Assembly: GCF_011386835.1 (NCBI RefSeq)
Contig: NC_088810.1
Location: 20,584,001 to 20,648,000, forward strand
Length of the DNA: 64,000 bases
DNA from: Chrysemys picta bellii
Lineage: Eukaryota
Reading direction: 5' to 3'
Shown here: in pieces, positions 1-12,483 of the stretch
Layout of the letters: each line of letters starts with the position of its first letter
Numbering within the stretch: the stretch's first letter is position 1
Program-made: the position numbers and the translations under genes
Notes under the pieces: model-generated
What the model saw: only the letters and a program-made list of their open reading frames with translations
The model's database searches: none
Told to the model about the DNA's origin: nothing

Positions 1-27
<27 letters not shown>
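1..27. repeat. (GT)n microsatellite, truncated by the window edge
   Basis: Read directly. Confidence 0.95.
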
Positions 28-33
<6 letters not shown>

Positions 34-3000
34 ATTAAACCCAAAGGGGGTGAATTCCAAACCAATGAAAGGAAAATACTTTTCTCCACACATACCTACA
101 AGAGTTCTGTGAGCTCCGAGCAGGGTTAAACAAAGATTCAACATTTATACAGAGGGTTAGACAGGAAGATCTAGAGTTAGAAGATTGAAAACTTTGGAAA
201 GGACAGAAAGCTGAGAACTGTGAATCAAGTTCTAGCTAATGGATGGTAGGGGGGGGGGGGATATCCCCAGAAGCAGATTCCAGCCATGGCAGAAATTCTT
301 GCACTTCTCTCTGGTACTGGCCACAGGACAGTCTCGGAAATGGTTCTCTGGCTCCCCTTCTCTGAGCACCTCACAATCTCTAATGTATTGCTCCTTAAAC
401 CCCCTTGTGAGGCAGGGCAGTGCTATTATCCCCATTGTATGGATGGGGAAACTGAGGCACAGAGCGAGAACAAGTGACATGCCCAGGGTCAGACGACTGT
501 GGCAAACTAGGGAATTGAATGCTGCTCTCCCAAGTCCCAGGCTAACGCCCTAACTACCACACCATCCTTCCTCACTGGTCTAATCCACTATAAATTACTA
601 CATCCCCAAAAAACCCATTTCAGGCTTCCTTTTATCCCCAGAAATGCCAAGGTAGGGGACTGCTTGTTTGCCGAGTCAGACGACCAGACTCTAAGCCACA
701 GGGAACAGCGAGAACGTTTCATAAAAATTACTTTTTCTGACTAAAATCTCTTTTTAAATAAGCCCCAGATAACTGAGTAACGCAGGGCCAGGGCGTGGGG
801 AATCGCTTGACTGCAAGTGAATGACAGCAATCTATGAAACCTATTGTCGTGTGAAATGAGTCGCTGTTATTAGCAAGGTCGTTTGGAAGGCATGGAAGCA
901 TCGTTAATGATTGCAATATTTTTTAAAAGGTAGGACGTAACCAGGAGGGGCTGGACTTTGGAAATCCAGAATCAAAAGTCACCTGGTGTTAGGAGGCCAG
1001 AGAGGTAGCTGGTTTCTCAGCATATCAGGAGTGAGAATTGTACCTCGTATGACGGCATCAGGCAGCAAAAATACAGACCCAGGGGCCTGATTCTTATTCA
1101 CGTTAAGGCTCTTTTGCACAGCTCTGGCATTGCTCATTCACCGTGGGGGCCATTCACATCACTGGCAGCATAAAGGGACTTTAAAGTAAGAATCAGATCT
1201 CTAGATATCACCACCTAGCTCTCATCCAGCACGCAAAGGAGGGCAGTATCACTATCCCCATTGTACAGCTGGGGAAACTGAGGCACAGAGGGAGCTGTGA
1301 CCTGCCTGTGGTCACCCAGGAGGTCAGCGGTAGAATTGGGAATATAACCCATAGTCTTCTGAATCCCAATCCAAAGCTTTATCTGCTAGGCCAGACTGGC
1401 TCCCTTAAGGAGAATAAGGAGTCTTCTGAATATTTCACACTGCCTGCATGGCCTGGAATTCAGAAGGCCTTTCTTTCTGTTCTCAGCTTTGCCACCAGCT
1501 TGCTGGGTGATCTCAGGCAAGTCCCTTTCTCCCATGGCTTGGAACAGAGCTGCCCAGAAAACAGATTTTCCATCCCGCAAAAAAATTCAAGACTGGGGGG
1601 GGGGGGAAAGAGAGGGGTTGTCCTTCCTGATTGAGAAGAAAGAAAATGTCAGACATGTTTCTGGCAAAACAAAATTCCAAACACAGTTTTGTTTCGGGTG
1701 AATTTCATCGCGCTAACCGTGAAATATTTTCATTTGATTGTGACCCTTGGCACTAAAAACATACAAAAGCACATTTCAAAATGAAAATGCTTTTGAAACG
1801 ATAAATCCCAAACTTGTCATGCTGATAGCTGGACATTTAGACATTTTCAACATGCCCTTTATAAAAATAATTGTCCAAGTTGATCGGATTTTGCCAAAAC
1901 TTTCTGGTTTTGTTGAAACTGCATTTTCCAAGGGAAAACTGTTTCGAGGAAAGTTTTCCCACGAGCTGTATCCAGGAAGTGATGAAGAGCGCACACAGTC
2001 ACTCCAGAAATGAAGACACTACAGGAATAAACCAGATTCAGTGAGCCCTAGCAGGCCTCTTTGGGATTTGCCAATCAGCATTCATCAACAGGAACGTATC
2101 ACTTCCCCTTGCTTAACCGCAGGGCTTCCTCCAGTTGCTGGTACTGCTAGTGTAACAGGTGATTCTGCCAAAGGAAGTAATGCCCACGCCTTTCCTCTCT
2201 GCCTACTTGAAAGCCTGAACTGATGGCTTTCTCCCCATGCTACAGGTGGGTCAAGTTGAGGAACGGAGAGGTGACGTGACCGACCTGGGACAGCAGGCAT
2301 CAGACCTCACTATACATACCCTCAGTAAGAGAGTCCCTGCTTCTGAGAATTTACAGTTTAAATAGACAGGCAAAGGGTGTGTGGGTAAACTGAGGTACAG
2401 ACAGGGGACATGACTTGCCCAGCATCACCCAGCTGGTCAGTGGCAGAGGCAGGAATCCAATTCTCTCCTCAGCTACACACCACAGGGAAAGGCATTACAA
2501 TAGCAGTGTAGATGTGGGAGGCGCTGCTTGGGTGTGTACAGAGCTGGGTAGGACGTATACCCTTGGGGTTCAAGTGTGTAAGGCACTCTAGTGTGCGCAC
2601 CCAAGCCGTTCCTCAGCATCTACATGGCTATTTATACCCAGGCTAGCCGGGCCTGCAGTGTCCCTGCTCACACGCCAATGTAAGTGTAGACGCGCCCTCA
2701 GACACACAGGACTTGGGATCAAGTTGGTTTTCCCCATGAATTAGCTATTCGGTGTCTTCTGCCCAGATGGACTGCCATATAGGGTGCTTCTGCGGTTCCC
2801 ATCACCATAGCAACTGAGCAGGAGTGCCCCCAGAAATATTTCACATGGCCCAGGGCTCCCCGCCCCCTTCTCCCCATGCTTGTAGCCACTCCGGAGGTTG
2901 ACGTGACGTGTATACGGCTGCGGGCGCCATTGTAGGGGAGTAACTTGCAACTGAGCATCCCCTGGGAAGGAGGGAAGTCATTTCCTCCCCCATTGGAGGG

Positions 3001-5189
3001 ATCAAAGAGGTTGATTGTGAGATCTCTGGACAGCTGAGAAGAGGGGGGAGTCTCCTACCACGCATAGCAGCTGCCCTCCAATACAGTGACAATTTCTCAC
3101 AAGACAGCACACCTGAAGGATACTGGGATGCCTACCCACAATGCAACATGTTTAGGCCAAGCCGAGCCTGATGCTATGAGGATGCAACCCAGTGAGAACC
3201 CCCAAAATATCTGTGCCGATGGCCAACAAAACTATTCTCCAGGACAACTGTCTAGTGCAGACCCGGCCTGTGCAACTTGACACACATGGAGCCCACGACA
3301 CAGCAGGGAATTGACCCTGGACCTTCCTAGTGTTAGTGTCTTAACCCCCCGGCCATCTTTCCTGTCCTTGCAAGCCTCTCTAACCATCGCTTCCCCAAAA
3401 ATCATACCCATTTCGCTAGCTGTTTTCTTGGGTCCGCTCTGGCCCAAGGAGAGGTGGAACAGCGACCCAGCATCTTGCCTGTTTCTTTCCGATGATTGTC
3501 CAGGTTTCACACATCTCCTAAGTACTGAACGACTCAGAGCTCCACGCTAGGGTTCGTTTGCTGTATAAGAAGTGCTCGGATCTAACTCTCCTTGTTTGTC
3601 TCTAGCCCACAGAGGAGTATTGGGGATTGACGCTGCAGTAATTTGTCACCGCCTAAATTCCTATCTGGTGACGGGAAAACGTGTCACCGTGGTAAAACCT
3701 CAGAAGATTGGGTGGGGAAAAGGAGAAAGCAACAGGTCTGAATTCTCACTTACGGTCAGGTTTGGTCTGCACCAGGCTTTTTACCAGCATAATTCTGTTG
3801 GTCGGGGGCCTGTAGGAGTGATCCTTGACAGACACGTGCTGTGGACTTTGCCAGTCTGGAGTGTAACTAAGAACTCGGGTCACGGGCTTTGTACCTTTGG
3901 ATACATTGTGAGAAACAATGACTCTTACTCTAGCCACCTTTCATGCAGAAAGCATCTTACAACCGCATGAGACACAACACCCCTGGGGAGTTGCACCTGT
4001 TTCCCAGGTGGGGAAACTGAGGCACTAATGCAACTTGCCCAAGGTCACGCAGCAAGTCAGTGGCAGAGCTGGGAAGAGAATCCAGCAGGCCTGTGGTCTC
4101 TCTGCTCAAGGTCCCCATGCTGCTTGCCTGCAGTAGCGGAGGAGAGACGAGAAGGCAGGATATAGGGGAAGAGTGAAGAGACTGAAAGGGGCACGCAAGT
4201 GGGATTTAACAGAATATGGCTGCAAGGGAAGAGTTCTGGAGCACATTAGCTCATCGTCCTCAGAGGTGAGGTGTGAGCAGTGGGCTGGGAGCCAGGAACT
4301 CAGAGCTGTAATCCCAGCACTGACACCCACATGGTTGCAGGATCCTGGCCTCTGTGCCTCTATTTCCCCATGGGTGAGCCAGGGACGAGGACTCTGACCC
4401 CCAATCACAGCACGGGTTTAATTCAGATTTGCAAAGTCGTCTGAAATCAGAAAGGCCGATGTCAGTACCGTGAGTGTGTACGTAGCAAATGCGGTTATTA
4501 ATAGGACAAGCTTGGGAGTCCAGAAGGAATCGAAAATAGCCTGTAAGTCACCTAGGAACTATGGTAAGCCCCAAGCTGCTCACATGGCCGTTTGGAACGT
4601 CACAGCAACTGTGGGAATAGACTAAATCGAGGCCCTGCCGTCTGAGTTAAAGAAGAGTCGCCACTAGGTGTTAGCAGTATAGGGGCTATGACCTACAGCA
4701 GAGCAGTTCGGATTCCACCCAACACACAGAGCATATGAAGAAGTGAAAGCACTGCAAAGCAGGCTACCCGTCAAAAGGGCATGTGGTCTAGGGAAGGCTT
4801 CCTAGCCTTGAAAATAAGCAGTTATAGGTTCAAGTCCCATTTGATTATTTATAGAAAGGGGTTAAAAACGCTCTGTCCGGTGCTTTGCAGGAGACCAGAA
4901 CAGTCCTTTCTGGCCTTAACATCTGTGCAATCGGATTTAAATAACTTCCATTCTGCTGCCACCTTGCAACCCTGCGCAGAATTCACCCTGCCTTAACCTT
5001 CTCTCGGCAGTGCCTTTTGCACTGAATAGCCCGTGTCCTTCAAAGCCTCGGTAGCGGGCACCATGGATATTCCACTGGAGAGAACAATGGATACAGCCTT
5101 GAGCTTACAGGAGCGCCAGGGAAGAAGTGGAGACTGAGAAGGGTTGGAAGAAAGACTGAATTCACAGCCCCTTTGCATGGCCAGAGCAA

Positions 5190-5545
5190 TATAAGAACGG
5201 CCATACTGGATCAGACCAATGGTCCATCTAGTCCAGTACCCTGGGTCAAACAGTGGCCAGTAACAGAGCTTCAGGGGGAGTGTACAGAACAGGCAAATTT
5301 GGAGAGATCCACCCAGTCTTCCCCTCCCAGTTTCTGGCCGTCAGAGGTTTAGAGTGGCTGGAGCATGGGATTGCGTCCCTGATCCTCTTGGCTAATATCT
5401 TTTTAACTTATCTAGTTCTTTTTTGAACCCAGTTATGCTTTTGGGCATTACAATGTCCCACGGCAACGAGGTTAATTGTGCGTTGTGTGAAAAAGGACTT
5501 CCTCCTGTTTGTATTAAACCTGCTGCCTATTAATTTCCTCAATGA
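5190..5545 (-). mobile_element. CR1 LINE 3' fragment
   Basis: Encodes a degenerate RT C-terminus (KLIGSRFNTNRRKSFFTQR) plus CR1 3'UTR and a TTCTTAT tail. Confidence 0.85.
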
Positions 5546-5999
5546 AAAACAGCCATAATTTGGGGAGAATGGGCCCAATTCAGATCTCACAGACACTGAT
5601 TTTAAAAGGTTGCAACTCCACTGATTGTAATGGAGTTATTCTCGATCACCATGGGGGTAACCGAGCTCGGACTCCGGCCTGAGGTTTCCTGCATGTGTAG
5701 CAACCTGCACGGAACTGTGGAGGGAGGAGCAGAGGCTGCAGGAGGGAAGAGTTTGGAGGAGGCACCTGGAAGTCAGTCTGTGTGCACATGGCTGGAATGC
5801 TAGCTGTAGCATTTGCATGAACAGCTCTCTTAAGAGTTTTAGAAACCTGGAGGCCTCTCATGTGTGTGGTACGTGAAACAATGGAGATTTAGGGCCTTAT
5901 TCTCGTTTATATTCAGGCCCCATTTACAATCCTCTGGCAGCATAAAGGAGCCTTCAAGAGGGTGGTGATGATAGTTGTACATTAAGGCCCCTAGAGAGG

Positions 6000-6250
6000 A
6001 AGGATGTCCCAGTGGTTAAGGTGCAAGTTAGGACCTGAGAGAGCTGGGCTCAATTCCCTGCTCTTCCACGGACTCTGTGGGTAGCCTTGGGCAAGTCATT
6101 TAGCCCCTCTGTGCTTCTGTTCTCCCTGGGGCACAATGGGGATAACAGCTCTGCCCTGCCTCACAGAGACGTTGTGAGGATAAATACCTTGAAGATGGTG
6201 AGATGCTCCAATATTACGGGGATGGGGCCAGTTACGTATCTTAGCACCTG
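6000..6250 (+). mobile_element. MIR/CORE-SINE (representative copy)
   Basis: CORE motif GGGCAAGTCA..TCTGTGC.TC.GTT.C. Many other copies, e.g. about 370-560(-), 1245-1380(-), 3990-4110(-), 7715-7850(-), 14520-14770(+), 29440-29620(-), 37340-37550(+), 45590-45760(+), 48170-48370(+), 52490-52680(-). Confidence 0.75.
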
Positions 6251-7297
6251 TTGCCAGAGGGGTGTCAAGGAGAATCAGGCCATAGCCCTTGTCCACACCC
6301 AGGCTTAACTAAAGGTGGGGCTGTTTTAAAGTCAACTAGTGAAAACCCCGGTTTATAGCAATTTAGCTCAAGTCGATTTCTTGCCTGTGAAGCTATCACA
6401 TGCTGCCGCCTCCAACTGACCAGGAACCCCCCTCAAATCCCCTTTACCTTCAATGGGCTGGCAGCTACAGAAGGCGGGCACCCCCAAGTCTTTCACTAGC
6501 GAGTGGGGTGAAGTTTGAGTTCCATTGGATTCGTATGTTTCGGGTACTGCAAATACCCCAGGGTTTTCAATGATCTGCCACAATCGGGGTGCACAGAAGC
6601 CATGAAATGCTTGAATTAAGGGAAAACGAGCTGGGAAGGAGGCTCTCTTCACCAAAGCACCGATTCTCTGCCCCCCGCTATCTTATCATTTGCACCAGTG
6701 CGAAATGCTACCATGCCGGAATGGAAGCATTTTGCCTCAGTGTCAAGTGACTCCATGTGTAGGTGCGGGGCAATGGAGATTCAGGCCTAGGTCTCACCCC
6801 CCACCTTTAGGTCAGTTTCCCCATTGCCCGAAAGAGCTCTGCACAAGAGACAGGTGTGTCCGGGAGGGAGCCAGGCAAGGAGCTGCTGGTTTGATAGGAA
6901 ACCACCTGAAAGGCACAAGCGGCTTGAGCCGTTTATAGCCTTTCAGAGAAGTGCTTGGAAAGGGAAGTGACTCATCAGGAGCAGAGCAGGATGACTTCAT
7001 GCATCCTGGGCTTGATTCATCAGTAGAGGATATCTTGCCACTCCAGCCTCTCCTTGCTTCCAAACCCTTTCTGTGTCCTAATTCACCTGTGGCCGGCTAC
7101 CGCTAGATGGTTGCTAATCGGCCCCATGGCAGGCACTTGGAACGTCATGGCAACGACGGGGATAGAACCCAGGTCCTCTAGCACAAGAGCCTGCCACCTG
7201 AGCGACAGGAGAATCCCCATCAGCTGGCAGCAGTAAATAGCCTATGACACACAGTGGAGCAGTGCTGGTTCCATCCAGCAAAGGACAGTGGCACAGG

Positions 7298-7490
7298 GGG
7301 GAGGGATAGCTCAGTGGTTTGAGCACTGGCCTGCTAAACCCAGGGTTGTGAGTTCAACACCTTGAGGGGGCCATTATGGGGGGGGAGTCTGTCAGTGACA
7401 GTACTTGGTCCTGCTAGTGAAGGCAGGGGACTGGACTTGATGACCTTTCAAGGTCCCTTCCAGTTCTATGAGACAGGAATATCTCCATGT
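7298..7490 (+). mobile_element. Turtle tRNA-derived SINE (tortoise Pol III/Cry-type)
   Basis: GGGAGGGATAGCTCAGTGG A-box head, GTTCAA B-box and CR1-like 3' tail. Confidence 0.85.
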
Positions 7491-8947
7491 AGTATAGTAG
7501 TATACATGCAATAGCATGATAACATGTTGAACAAATCTATGTTCAAAGCATTTTAAGTCCCCATAGCCTTTGCTGGAACTTCGAGAGAGAAGTGTGTTGG
7601 AGGTCAGAGACACACACAACTAGCAGCAGCTAGTGCCTGGTATCCACGGGTCTCAAAGCACTTTGCAAACATTAGCACATTAACCTTTGCATCCCCCCCC
7701 CCCCGCGAGAGGTCAGTATTATTCCCATTGCACACACGGGGAAACTGAGGCACAGAGCATTGCTGGGACTTGCCCAAGTCACCCAGTGACTGGGTGTAGA
7801 GCTGGGAGTAGTAGAACCCAGGAGTCCTGACTCACAGCCCTGTGCTCCAGCCACAAGCCCCTCCCCTTCCCAATTGCAGCAGAAGTAGTGACATCACTTG
7901 TTTCAATATTACTCACTTAAAGAAACCAGCATCACCTCTGTGCTTTGTGCACCAGGTCAGCTCAGAACAGGCTGCTGAAACCTGCCGGGGCAGGCAGATA
8001 CCGAGGGGATGGGCACTGCTCAGACACCGGGGCTGCGTGGTGCAGGGGGAGGTATACGCGGCAGAACTGTGAGGCTGCATTGAGCTGACTGGGCTAGCAA
8101 GGGGTTTTCCCCTCATCACAGCCCAGCTGGGGCATCCCCCCACTGATTTTCCCTCACACACACACACTCTGGGCCCCACACCCAGGCCAGTAATCAAGGC
8201 AGGGTTGCCAGTCCAGTGAAGCCAGAGAGAACCACATGGGCTGTCAGTATCCAGCAGCCTCCATAAAGTAACCCACCCACCCGCCCTGCTAGGACGCTCT
8301 CTAGGTCAGGGCATCTTTCCATTGTAGATTTGTACATGTACCTAGCACCCCCTGATCAGGCTGCTAGGCACTACTCCCCTCTCCCCCCCCCCCAGACAAC
8401 CACCACCACCAATGCCCATCACTTCCCCCCACCGACCCCCTGCAATGCACCTGGCCGTAAAGGACTCTTGCCTCAGTGAGCAGTCCTCTTCCCATCCCCC
8501 AGCATCCGAGCAGGTGCCATAAAGTCAAGGGGATGCCCTCCCTCCCCCCGATTCCGGATTCAGAGCAACCCACGCAGGCGGCTTTTTTCAAGTGGGATCA
8601 TGGATGATGATTATTTGCATTGCAGTAGCGCCGGGAAGCCCCCATCTTGGCCCAAGATCCCACGGCGCTAGGTGCTGTACGAATACAGAACAAAACGACA
8701 TCCCTTGCCCCGCAGAGCTTGCAATCTAAACATGGGCCATGGAAGGGGGATGGGGAAGACAGAGTTAGACCAGCAGGATCCCCAGGTGAGCTGAGTCAGG
8801 GGGTTCTGGTTCCGGGCCATCTCCGGGTGGAGGAGAGAGCCGCTGAGACTGGTAATAACTCATCTCCCAGCCCAGGCTGGGCAGGTGCCTCCCAGGGATG
8901 GAAGCAGCGAAGCCCGGTTGCAAAGGAAGCCCAAGGAGGAAAGTTAC

Positions 8948-8987
8948 CTTTGAAGAGATAATCATACTCATCGTCCTTGCCACGCAT
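8948..8987 (-). CDS. First coding exon of a RAB11-like GTPase gene (MRGKDDEYDYLFK, phase 1); remaining exons not in window
   Basis: The translation shares DDEYDYLFK with the RAB11A/B N-terminus (MGTRDDEYDYLFK). It has an A at -3 (GGCAGGATG) and a donor AAAG|GTAACT at the conserved Rab11-family intron-1 position. Confidence 0.8.
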
Positions 8988-8989
8988 CC

Positions 8990-9220
8990 TGCCGCCCGCT
9001 CCCTAGGTGAGGCGTCCTCCCCGTGCACACCTGGGCTCTGGTCCCCCTGCCCCCAGACTCTGGCCAAGCTGATCTCAGCACTCTGGGATTTCCTGGGCTG
9101 GGCCAGCAGGCCTCACCAAGCCTTCCCTGCACGCCCATTGGCCTGCTGCTCTCCGCCTCTCCTGCTCTGACTGGCCGGCGGGGCTGTCCCTCACTGGCCA
9201 GGCCGGCAAGGCACTCACCT
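8990..9220 (-). promoter_or_regulatory. Putative promoter/5'UTR of the RAB11-like gene
   Basis: GC-rich, with a CCAAT box (ATTGG 9137-9141) and several GC-box-like motifs directly upstream of the ATG exon. Confidence 0.45.
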
Positions 9221-9679
9221 GGCACAGGTATGCGGGGTGGGGCTTACATGATTTTTTTTTAAAGGAGCCGTGTCTCTTTTTTCCTCTCTCTCTTGGGTGT
9301 GATGGGAGAGGGTCAGAAGGCAGATGAATGGGATGGGCGGAGCAGGGAGGCTGGCTCTCTCCCCTAGCTGGCAGCCCCTTTGAGGGAGAACTTGTAAAGC
9401 ACACCCAGTGCCTGTCATATTCCTTTAACTCTTTGTCTTGAACATGCAGTCACACATGGGGGGGGGGGGAGGGAGGAGATGGGGGGAGGGTTTTTTTGTG
9501 TGACTATGTTAATAAAATGATCTGCCTGGCATGTGTATATGTGTGCACCACTGCCTCTGCTGGATGGAATCAGAACTGCTGTTCTGTGTGTCACAGACCC
9601 TTCACTGCCCGTGGCTCTTGAGCTAGGAGGATCTTTTGTTCTAGCCGTGGTAGAGCAGCAGAGGTCAGCTGCCCCCTCC

Positions 9680-10175
9680 AAATGCACATGTGTTTGCTCA
9701 GACACGTGCATACCCACTCTCACTTGCACACTCATGTGCAGGCACATACACATTTATTCATAGAATCATAGGGTTAGAAGGGACCGCAAAGGTCATCTAG
9801 TCTAACCCTCTGCCAAGATGCATGAGTTGTGTGTTCACTTGCACACTCACTCTCATGTTCACTCACTTGCACACTTGTATGAATGCGCACACACTTTCTT
9901 TGCACAGTCAGTACTTGTACTCGCACTCGTGTGGATGCACACTCACACTTGCACACTTGTGTGAATGCACACACTTGCTTTGCACAGTTGTGCAGGCGCA
10001 CCTGTACTCGCTTGCACTCTGCGGATGCACACTCACACTTGCACACTCGTGCATGCACACACTCGTGTACACTCATACTCACACTCATACACGTGCATGC
10101 TCAATCATACTCGTGTGCATATGTACGCACCCGTTTACACACGTGCATTAATGCACACACACCCACACACCCCGC
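9680..10175. repeat. Degenerate CA/TGCACACT-rich low-complexity satellite
   Basis: Recurrent TGCACACTCACACTTGCACACT with 82-90 bp higher-order recurrences. Confidence 0.85.
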
Positions 10176-11018
10176 GTGGCTCTCCCCCACACACCAGTTT
10201 TGGGTTTGTTCCAATTAGCCCCAAAATTTCAGCACAAACTCTAACCCGGCTCCCCTGGGCTGGCTGGGAAGCAGGGCCCCAGCGCTCAGCTCCGAGAGCC
10301 TTGCAGCTAATCTGACCAGACCTTCGGGTTGATGGCTCATCGGCGGCCCCTGAGGCTGATGTCATTAGCCAAGGTCCCTGCAGCTCTAGGGAGGGGCTGA
10401 TTGACATGGCTGCTCCCTGGGAGGCGGGTCTGTATGCAGTGAACAACCTCTGGCCTCCCTCCCTCCCCCAGCCCATGACCTGCCAAGAAGGCAGTTCAGC
10501 CCCCCCCCGCCCGTAGCAGACCAACACTAAGCAGCCCCCATGGGTGAGATACAGTCTCCCATCCCCCATCCCTTAGCGTAACCAGCTCCTCTTGGGCCAC
10601 TAACAGGGCTAGAACTGAGGACTTTCAGGGCTCAAAGCAGGGAGCAGCAGCCAACCTATAAAACCTCTTCCATGGACCAGGCACTAGAGGGCAACAAAGA
10701 GACAAACTCTGAGCTACGACAGCCTTGGGGTCCTTAACTAGGACCCCCGGTTACCCAGAGCTCTGGGGGAACACCCATGACTTTCCGTGTAGCTGACCAG
10801 CAGGCTTTGAAGTCTGAGCTTAGAAAGTCCCCTGACATGGAGTGCAAACTTGCAGCGGTCTCTGTGCAAATCATGCCCTCTGCACCCCGTTTCTCTCCTG
10901 AGGCATACAGAAGGGGTGGGGACAATGCAGTTTTCCCAGCCTTGGGAAAAGCCAGCCAGCCCACTGCCTGAGCCTCACTGCTGGGGTTCTCCGCACAGGA
11001 ATGGCCCTGCTCCCCAGA

Positions 11019-11193
11019 CATAGAATATCAGGGGTGGAAGGGACCTCAGGAGGTCATCTAGTCCAACCCCCTGCTCAAAGACAGATCCCCAGACAGATTT
11101 TTACCCAAGTTCCCTAAATGGCCCCCTCAAGGATTGAACTCACAACCCTGGGTTTAGCAGGCCAATGCTCAAACCACTGAGCTATCTCTCCCC
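11019..11193 (-). mobile_element. Turtle tRNA-derived SINE
   Basis: Reverse-complement of the same head, with a CR1-type tail ending TTCTATG. Confidence 0.85.
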
Positions 11194-12483
11194 CCATGAA
11201 GTCTCGCAGCGCTGCAGGGAAGTGATCTCCAGGGCCCTGTAGTGCCATGGTGCAGCAGCAGCTGCAGGACACAGGGATGCTGCCTGCTAGTTTAGGACAG
11301 GACATGAAGGACTGTCTCCCGTTGAAATGGCCGGGGGCAGCGTTCCCTGGTTTGGATGGGGGCACTGGATGTTCTGGGCCTGGTTCTCCGTCCCAGTGAG
11401 GCCCCGCCAGGCCATGCTGGAAGTGCAAAGGGGGCTTAAAGTGGGTCGAAACAGCCCCCAAAGAATCCCCCCTGTGCGAGGGGCCTCCCCGTTCCATCGG
11501 AGTCAGGCCAGCGTCCGGCAGCGACACGGGGCACGACCCCTGGGCACCGGGACTGCAGGGGGCGAGGGGAAAGCACGAGCAGCGTGGTCGCTAATACTGT
11601 AGTGGACGGAGCCCAGCTCCCGAGTGGAAAAGGCAGGACATTTGCTCTGCCCCACCCCTGACTTACAGTGATGTTGCAAAACAGGATGGAGAACATTGCT
11701 CAAGTTTCCCTGCCGTTGTAGCAACCTGGCCTTCTAGCCCACTTTTGCTGCCAGCCTGGCCCTCTGCCTGCCATGCTGTGTGCGCTGTCCCCTCTGAGGG
11801 CAGTGCGGGGGGCCCAGGGCGAACCAGCTGTTGTCCCCGGCCTGGCTTCTCTAAGAACAGAAACTGAGGCAGGGTGACTGCTGTGCTGAGGCCCGGCCAG
11901 CCCTATGGGACTGACCCTGCTACCCTCCCTTTAAACTTGGATGATTCCATGTGTGATCTTTGCAGCCCGGCCCTGTCTCTGCCATTTAGACTTGTAACAA
12001 GGCCTTGGGTTGACCCAGATCTCCTAGCGAACAGCTGTGGGGTAGCTGTGCTGAGACCAATGGAGTGATGCTGATATACACCACCTGAGGATCGGCCCCA
12101 CTCCTCAGAGCCCTGTGGGAGCTAATACAACACAGGGAAAGCCGCTGAATTCTTCTCCCACCCAGGGTGAGAGTCACCTCTCTGCACTGCTTTGAGCCTG
12201 TTTAGTTGGAGGGTAGGGTCGGGGTTGGGCTTTTCCTTAGATGAATTGCACGAACCGTCAGCGGAGATCAACTCTTGCTCCCCTTCAGCCCATGGGCAGA
12301 GTTTCGTCACAAGGCAAAGTATGTATTTTCTTTCTTCTGCGTAGACCAAATGCAACTGGGAACCATGGAGAGGGAATAAATGAAGCCCCCCCACAATGGC
12401 TATAAAAAAATCTCGCTGGGGGAACCCAGGGCTGGAACAGCTGGGGGCTGGAGTGGGTTGGAATGAGGGGCATCAGCAGAGCC

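Noticed and set aside
4010-4131. Strong minus-strand acceptor followed by ATG GGG ACC (MGT..., Rab-like start)
   Set aside because: The downstream sequence is a MIR element and has no Rab similarity.
6448-6574. Minus-strand AG...GT segment (IIENPGVFAV...) inside a 95-aa ORF
   Set aside because: 127 nt, weak polypyrimidine tract, no homology recognised and not phase-compatible with the RAB11-like exon.
7298-7370. tRNA-like A/B-box sequence
   Set aside because: It is the head of a repeated SINE with a CR1 tail, not a tRNA gene; the same applies to the other four copies.
9774-10315. His/Thr/Cys-rich ORFs on both strands
   Set aside because: Translations of the CA/TG low-complexity satellite.
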